Origin: Eledone cirrhosa
Lineage: Eukaryota
Assembly (NCBI GenBank): GCA_964016885.1
Contig: OZ024742.1
Span: 176,824,001-176,888,000 of the forward strand
DNA: 64,000 bases
Reading direction: 5' to 3'
Shown here: positions 56,470 through 64,000 of the stretch, piece after piece
Layout: every line of letters starts with the position of its first letter
How positions within the stretch are numbered: the stretch's first letter is position 1
The notes under the pieces: model-generated
What the model was told of the DNA's origin: nothing
What the model saw: only the letters and a program-made list of their open reading frames with translations
Database searches by the model: none
Position numbers and translations under genes: made by a program

Positions 56470-59400
56470 TATGCCTGTAAGAAATTCGACACCACGTGTA
56501 CCATCTAAGTCTACCTCGAATGTTGGGGAAAAGACTATCGATAATAATAATAATCGAAAAAATAATAATAATAATCGAAGAAATTTGACAGCACATGTAC
56601 CATCCGAGTCTACCTCGACGATTGTGGAAAATAATATCGATAATGATAATAATCAAAAGTATAAACAATTGAAAATTTCCCTCAACAAAATCTTCCATAG
56701 AGAAATTAATTCATGTATAAATATTTATTTTGCTGAACGTTTTAAAACAACAATATTTAATAAAAAAAAAACAAGTAATGAAATATTACGTGTTATTGCG
56801 AAATAGAGGATGGATATTTATGACGGATAAAAACCCCAACATTTTGACAAATCAACGCCTGTTTATATGCCTTAGCAACGACAGTGAAGCATTATCTTGG
56901 TGGTAGCAGAGATATTAACGAGAACAAAACACCACCAAAAATACCATCATATATAACTAAAATAGAAAAAAAGATTTCTGACCTACGAAAAACCATAGGA
57001 TATGTGACAATGCTCCTTACATGCAAACAAATACGAAAAAATACTTCACTCCTCACTAACAAAGGAGTGAAAAATAAAATAGAGACGATGTTTGGTAACA
57101 GTAGAACCAGAACTCTTCAATATAAGCTGATCAACCTCAAACAAGAATTGATAGCTGCTAGCGAAAAACGCTGATACCTGGAGAAGGTAGATGAAGGAAA
57201 AGTGCTTAATAAAAGATTCAGACGAAACCAAACATTACATCAGTCTATAGAGATATGAAGGGCAAAATAATAAGTGTCACTGAGGCCCCATCCCAGAAAG
57301 ACACAGATTCCGTTTGGAGAAATATATGGGGTGAAAAGAAGAATTTCAACAGTGATGCAGTGTGGCTAAAAGAAATCCTAAAGAACTATTGCTTCTTCAC
57401 TACAACAAAAGCATACGAAATAAGTGAGGGTACCCTTGGGACTGTGATAGGAAAGCTCCAAGATAAGAAAACACCAGGAAGAGACATGATTGTCGGCTAC
57501 TGGTACAAAAAGCTGATATTCTATCGGAGGTATCTTACCGACCTCTACCAAAAAGTTCTTAAGGAACATACACTTATAACAGAATGGTTGCCATTAGCAC
57601 AAACACTACTGGTCCCGAAGAACAAAGAAACTCACATGGCAAAACCTACCGACCCAATGCATGCCAGAACCTGATTTATAAGATGTATACAGCATGCCTG
57701 AAACTATTCTTCCAAAATCACTCTGAAAATAATAACAGCATCACAGATGAACAAGCAGCTGGAAAGAAAGGGGTTTGGGGATGTGCTGAACAACTCCTAA
57801 TCAACAAAACTGCGATGTCGGAGGTGCGACAACTTAGGACAAATATGGCTACAGGTTAGCTGGACTACAGGAAAGCTTTCGATTCTGTTCCCCACTCTTG
57901 GCTGATAGAGGCCCTCCGACTTGCTAAAGTCCCAGACATTATTATCAGACCCATAGAGAGGCTGTCTTCTTCTTGGGCTACTATCCTAAGGTTAAAGCCA
58001 GAGAGGGAGGACTCTATTTTCACTGATAAAATAAAATATTGGAGATAAAATATTTCAGGGATACAGTCTCTCTGTGATATTATTCATCTTGTCATTAAAC
58101 CCCTTGTCCTTTCTGCTCAAGAAATGTGAAGGATACTTCATTGGCTCGCAGGAGGACAGAAATACGAACTTAACCCATAATTTCTTTGTGGAGGATCTGA
58201 AACTCTATGCCAAGAACATGGATGGGATGAAGAAAAATCTTGACCTGGTTACCACATTCTCAAAGGATATAGGAATGGAATTTGACCATATATGACTATA
58301 AAGCGGGAAATACAACAACCCAATCTAGCAACATTTGTAACAATGGTCTAACTGTTTCACCAATATCTGATGAGGACTGCCACAGATACCTGGGATAGAT
58401 GAGAACATATCCTATAATGGTAGCTGTGTTAAAGAACGCGTAACCAGGGAGTACTACACCCGATTAAGAAAGATATGGTCATCAGAACTCTCTGCGCAAA
58501 ACAAAACAGTGGCTTACAATGTGTTTGCTGTGCCTGTGCTAACACCAACTTTTGGAATACCCAATTGGACGATAGACGAAATCCGAGCGATAGATGTTAG
58601 AAGTCAAAAAATACTAAACAACACCGGAAACTCCCACATCAACAGTGACATATACCGCCTTTACTTGAAATGTAAGCAGAGAGTCAGAGGCTTAACATCA
58701 GTTCAGACAGCATTTAAATATGGCATCAAATCCCTCCCACAAGATCTACCAACCTCAAAGCGTAGGAGCCCGTCTCTCGAGCAAGTCTATCTGCTTGAAA
58801 CAGATAAGATCATGAGATTTGGGAAGGAACTCCTCGAGAGATATTCCCTGTGTGATAATCAAAGACTCACACCCAGGGAAGTCGTTCAGCAGTATCGCAG
58901 TGAATCCATGGATGAAAAACTGCATGCTTATCAGCAAAAAATCATGCATGGATATGTTGCCAGGAAGCTCCAGAGTGAGAGTAATATAAATAAAGAAAGT
59001 AGTCTATCTTGGACCAACAACCGCTATATTGGCTCCCACTTTGAAGGATATGCATTTGCAATCCAAGACCCGGAAATCAACACGAAATACCTGATTCACA
59101 AAAGAGATAGGGATGCAGGCAAAACACCTAGATGTGATAACAAGTACAGACACTACAGAATTAACATCGAAGATGTCACCCATGTCATAGGCAGCTGTCC
59201 AAAGATGTCATCGCGGTACTATCAAACTATGAGGTATGATGTAGTGGCCAAAACACTGTACAATTCAATCCGTAGAAAAGATAGCCCCAATAATAAACAC
59301 ATTAAAAGCTACAGCAATATGGAAGACATACATATACATAATATGAAAGAATACTGGTGGAATGTTCCAGTAAAAACCCCAATAAAATGCAGGCATAACA

Positions 59401-59940
59401 GACCAAATAATATGATATGGGACAGTGAAAAGAAGGCACGCACAGTAGTTGAAGTTAGCTCTCCAGCAGATGCCAATATAATATCAAAGATTAGCGAAAA
59501 GGAGAATATTTATGCAGAACTGATGAGAAATGTGCAGATACTCCACCCTGATTATACCTTCAGATTTATGCAAGTGATTATTGGGGCACAGGGATATGTT
59601 AGTAACTGCCTCAATGTAAATTTTGAGAAGCTGGGCTTCACAGGAACAGAAATAACACAACTAGTTAGAAATTACAAGTACAATCCATTAATGGAACACT
59701 AAAATATATAAAACATTCCAAAAATGTTGCATCAAATAACTGCATATACACATGTACAGATATAACTCAAAACATCCATTTCCACACATACAATAACATC
59801 CATATCTGCACATGCACGCATGCAGACATGCAGACATATCTACATAGTTGATGTGTAAATTCCAATGAGAGAGTCTTGTGTCTATGTTAGAAACAGACTC
59901 TCTCTATTGGGAAAAAATTTGTGAAATTATAAAACCAGAA
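56470..59940 (+). mobile_element. Near full-length RLE-type LINE (R4/Dong-like), frameshifted
   Basis: KTPGRDMIVGYWYK, YRPNACQNLIYK, EQAAGKKGVWGCAEQLLINK, LDYRKAFDSVPH, FFVEDLKLYA, EDVTHVIGSCP, RYDVVAK, HNRPN, VEVSSPAD, VIIGAQG. Confidence 0.88.
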
Positions 59941-60237
59941 GAACATACATACCTTCATACATCTCTCATTCCTTATATACATGAAAATCATTAAACTTGT
60001 GAAACCGATAAATTATGAATGTTTGTAGATAGTCATTCTTAAAGACTCCAATTACATTTTCAACGTCTTTATCCTATATATTTACCCGTGTCTCTCTGTA
60101 TATATGTATATATATATATATATATATAACATTTCAGGTTATCAATAATGTAGTGATAATATATCGTTACGTTAGAGATGAACAGCGTACGTGCAGGTTT
60201 ACTCAACGAGTATAAATTATATTCCGGAGAAATGTAG

Positions 60238-60530
<293 letters not shown>

Positions 60531-60629
60531 GTAAATATACACGGGTGTGTATGATTGTGTATAGAAGATTATATTAATAAGAGGAATTCCAACTTTGTCT
60601 GATTTACTCGTTTTATTTACAATCCTTTA

Positions 60630-60826
60630 GGGCGGTGGATTGGCAGTGGATTGGCAGTATCGGTAGAGGGTCGGACGCCATGCTTTCCAGCGTGGTTACG
60701 TCCCTTTACCATCTGAGTTCAAATCCCGCCGAGGTTGACTTTGCCTTTCATCCTTACGGGGTCGATAAAATAAAGTACCAGTAATACACTGGGATAATTG
60801 CTGGCCTTGTGCCTAAAGTAGAAACA
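60630..60826 (+). mobile_element. Full-length SINE-A with 18-bp TSD in the PLE 3' repeat
   Basis: TSD tttatttacaatccttta at 60612-60629 and 60827-60844. Empty site at about 4884-4901. Confidence 0.95.
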
Positions 60827-60911
60827 TTTATTTACAATCCTTTAAAATATATAATATATAATGGTATTATAATGAAATAGTATGATAGAATATTAAATTC
60901 TAAGTGTTAAT

Positions 60912-60950
60912 TGAACAAGTACTTTCATGCTTTCGCAATCTTCAGGTTCA
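60912..60950 (-). ncRNA. Intact minimal type I hammerhead ribozyme in the PLE 3' repeat
   Basis: Reverse complement: TGAAC CTGAAGA TTGC-GAAA-GCAT GAAA GTA CTT|GTTCA. Palindromic stem III AAGTACTT, stem I TGAAC/GTTCA. Confidence 0.85.
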
Positions 60951-62178
60951 TAATATGTGGTGACAGTCGAGTTTGCAATTTTCAACTGTAATGAGATGGG
61001 TAAATTTCCTACCTTTTATACATTTTATACAGAGAAAAGTGGCTCCAGATGCTAAGCCCTGTAAACTGTATTTCGACCAATCAGTGTGTAGTTTCACTGA
61101 ATTACTAAAGCTGATTGGTTTAAGCGTCACAGCTGGTTGAGCATGCTAACGACCAATATCATTTTTATTATTATTATTATTGTTGTTGTTGTTGTTGTTG
61201 TTGTTGCTGTTAGTGGTCGTGGTCATAATGGTAGTAGAAGTAGTACCCCTAAGCGTTATTATTGTTCATTTAGCTTGGGTTTGAATTTATCAATAAAATT
61301 CTTTTCTCTGATTTTTCTCTTGATTTCACTTGGGCTGTGTAATTTGTAGAATGGGAATATTGTAAATATTCCCTGAACACATGTTGCCAGGTGGCCGCTT
61401 AGGGGTATCTGACGGACATTTGGGTCTCTGATTTGTTGACGGTGTACCCGTGCACGTTCCGATAGTGCATTTCCAGTTTGACCGACATATAGTTCTTCAC
61501 AATTCGGGCATTTAATGCAGTAAATTAGATTTTCTGCTTTTGCAGTTCATATTTGCATTTGGGAATATCTTTCCAGTTTTTGTTTTCATATATTGACCGG
61601 CGTGTATGGATTGACATGTGCCGCATCGACTATCATTGCATTTAGATACAGTGAATGATTGGTCTTTGTTGTTAAGCTCAAACTTTGCTTTTGTTAGTAA
61701 TTGCTTCAAATTTTTTGGCTGTCTTTTACTAAGAGTCAAAGATCGATCTGTGATTAAGCCTTTTAATTCGTTACTTTGAGCAATGATCGGTAGGTTTGCT
61801 TTGGCAGTGTTGAAGATATTCTGGTGACATGGGCTGTGTGTCATTATAAATGGTATGACCAGTTCTTGGTTTCTTCTTCCTTGGGTTGTTCTAAGTTGTT
61901 GTATAGGTATTTTTATAGCCCGCTGTATGCCATTTTCTATAAGTAGAGATGGGTATTTTTGTTTGAGCAAAAATTCTCTTAGTTCTGTTAGGCGTTTGTA
62001 CCTGGTATTCGTATCTTCTACAATGGTACAAATTCTTCTGGCTAGGCAGTATGGGAAGTTGCGTTTTGTATGAGGTTGATGGCACGACTTAAAATTCAGA
62101 TATTGATGGGTGTCTGTGTGTTTATAATATATATCCGTGGTAATGGTGGTGTCGTTTTTGATTATCATTATATCTTGT

Positions 62179-64000
62179 TGGAATATAAATCCTGAACAGA
62201 GAAAAATCCATGTTTTAACGTCAGGACAACAAAAACCGGAAAAAGAAAAACTCCAGGAGGAAACATACCCAAAACAGCTGTACACGTAGAACTGAAGGAG
62301 GATACCCAAGAATTCTGTCGAAAATTACGTCTTGTAGAATTCTTCGCTGATAAAAATAATGAGAGTGATGAATCACTAGTAAAGAATAAATCAAATTTCA
62401 CTCCGCTAAAAGAAGAAATATCTATCTCGACCAATACATTGACATCCTGTCTAAATTTACTCTTAGACATAATACTAATGTTAGGCCAAACATTAACAAA
62501 TCAGAAATGTCTGCACTTAAATGTATACAAAATGATAAAACAATAATAATTAAACAAGCAGATAAAGGGGGTGCAGTTGTTATAATGGATACTGAATACT
62601 ACAAGGATTTGGTTGAGGAACAACTGAAAGACACAACATTCTATCATGAAATACCGTCAAATATACAGCACAACATCATGAAGAAGATCAACAACCTGGC
62701 TTCAAAATACCACAACTCATTTACTGATAAGGAAAGAGACTACATCACAAATTTTGAGCCGAAACCCAGCAACCTCTATGGCCTACCGAAAGTTCATAAG
62801 TCAAAAGAAATACAAATGGCAGTAAGAGAACAAAACAGTGAGTACATTAAATTATTACTCCAAAAGACTTAAAACTTAGACCTATTATAGCCGGTCCAAC
62901 AGGCCCCACCCACCGTCTAAGCAATTTTGTTGACATTATTTTGAAACCACTATGTATTCACATACACAGTTTCATCCGGGATGATATCGACTTGCTGTCC
63001 CATCTTCCCCAAACCACGGAAACGAATTCACTTCTACTCAGTTTTGATGTGGTAAGCCTTTACACCAACATTACACATGATTTAGGAATAAAGGCGGTTA
63101 AATACTGGGTGGAAAAACATAGAGAAGTGATTCCCATTAGATTCACAGCGCCATTTATATTAGACGCAGTTAAACTTGTTCTGGAAAACAACACTTTCTT
63201 CTTCAATGGAAAGAATTACATCCAAATTAGAGGCACAGCGATGGGAACGAAGTTTGCTCCCGTTTACGCAAGCTCTGTAATGGGATACTTGGAACAACAA
63301 CTCTACCAAGAAATAGAGGAATAATATAGTACTGACTTTAGAAAGTACATTGAAAAATCTTGGAAGAGATACCTTGACGACTGTTTCATCATCTGGACAG
63401 AATCTCTAGATACTCTGGATGAGTTCATTATCCTCCTGAATAACCTACACCCATCTCTCCAATTCACAAAAGAGATGAGTAGAACCAAATGACCATTCCT
63501 AGATATAATGATAATCAAAAACGACACCACCATTACCACGGATATATATTATAAACACACAGACACCCAACAATATCTGAATTTTAAGTCGTGCCATCCT
63601 CCTCATACAAAACGCAACATCCCATACTGCCTAGCCAGAAGAATCTGTACCATTGTAGAAGATACGAATACCAGGTACAAACGCCTAACAGAACTAAGAG
63701 AATTTTTTCTCAAACAAAAATACCCATCTCTACTTAGAGAAAATGGCATACAGCGGGCTATAAAGATACCTATACAACAACTTAGAACAACCCATGGAAG
63801 AAGAAACCAAGAACTGGTCATACCATTTATAATGACACACAACCCATGTCACCAGAATATCTTCAACACTGCCAAAGCAAACCTACCGATCATTGCTCAA
63901 AGTAACGAATTAAAAGGCTTAATCACAGATCGATCTTTGACTCTTAGTAAAAGACAGCCAAAAAAGTTGAAGCAATTACTTACAAAAGCAAAGTTTGACC
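62179..64000 (+). mobile_element. PLE family 1, forward arm (RT region), running off the window
   Basis: IIIKQADKGGAVVIMD, LYGLPKVHK, SFDVVSLYTNI, RGTAMGTKFAP, RYLDDCF; in-frame stops present. Confidence 0.92.

Larger units (their letters stand above)
60575..62175 (-). mobile_element. PLE family 1, 3' part (inverted arm)
   Basis: Colinear with 4845-6195 (GIY-YIG, 3' repeat, HHR). Confidence 0.92.

Noticed and set aside
56498-56655. About 99-bp tandem duplication
   Set aside because: Lies in the variable N-terminal region of the RLE LINE; not an independent feature.

Overview
AT-rich, microsatellite-saturated eukaryotic DNA made almost entirely of nested, mostly decayed transposable elements; I found no supportable host protein-coding exon. 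The SINE, Penelope and (TA)n landscape looks like a coleoid cephalopod (octopus-like) genome, which is an inference. Recognisable elements include: at least three families of Penelope-like retroelements (PLEs, RT plus C-terminal GIY-YIG); Tx1/L1, CR1, RTE and RLE-type (R4/Dong- and HERO-like) LINEs; a mariner relic; a Chapaev3-type DNA transposon with TIRs and a TTA TSD; a non-autonomous Helitron; hAT-like termini; and about 15 copies of a tRNA-derived SINE, several with 17-18 bp TSDs. The most notable signal is non-coding. Many short elements inserted into (TA)n tracts carry type I hammerhead ribozyme (HHR) motifs (CTGANGA...GAAA-palindrome-NUH) and occur as tandem and/or fold-back repeats. 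One is a near-identical ~555-bp monomer array (34.9-36.9 kb) with an HHR in each monomer, resembling a retrozyme. In several independent families the fold-back junction lies inside the ribozyme itself. All calls were made by eye from the sequence; family and clade names are motif-based and need database confirmation.
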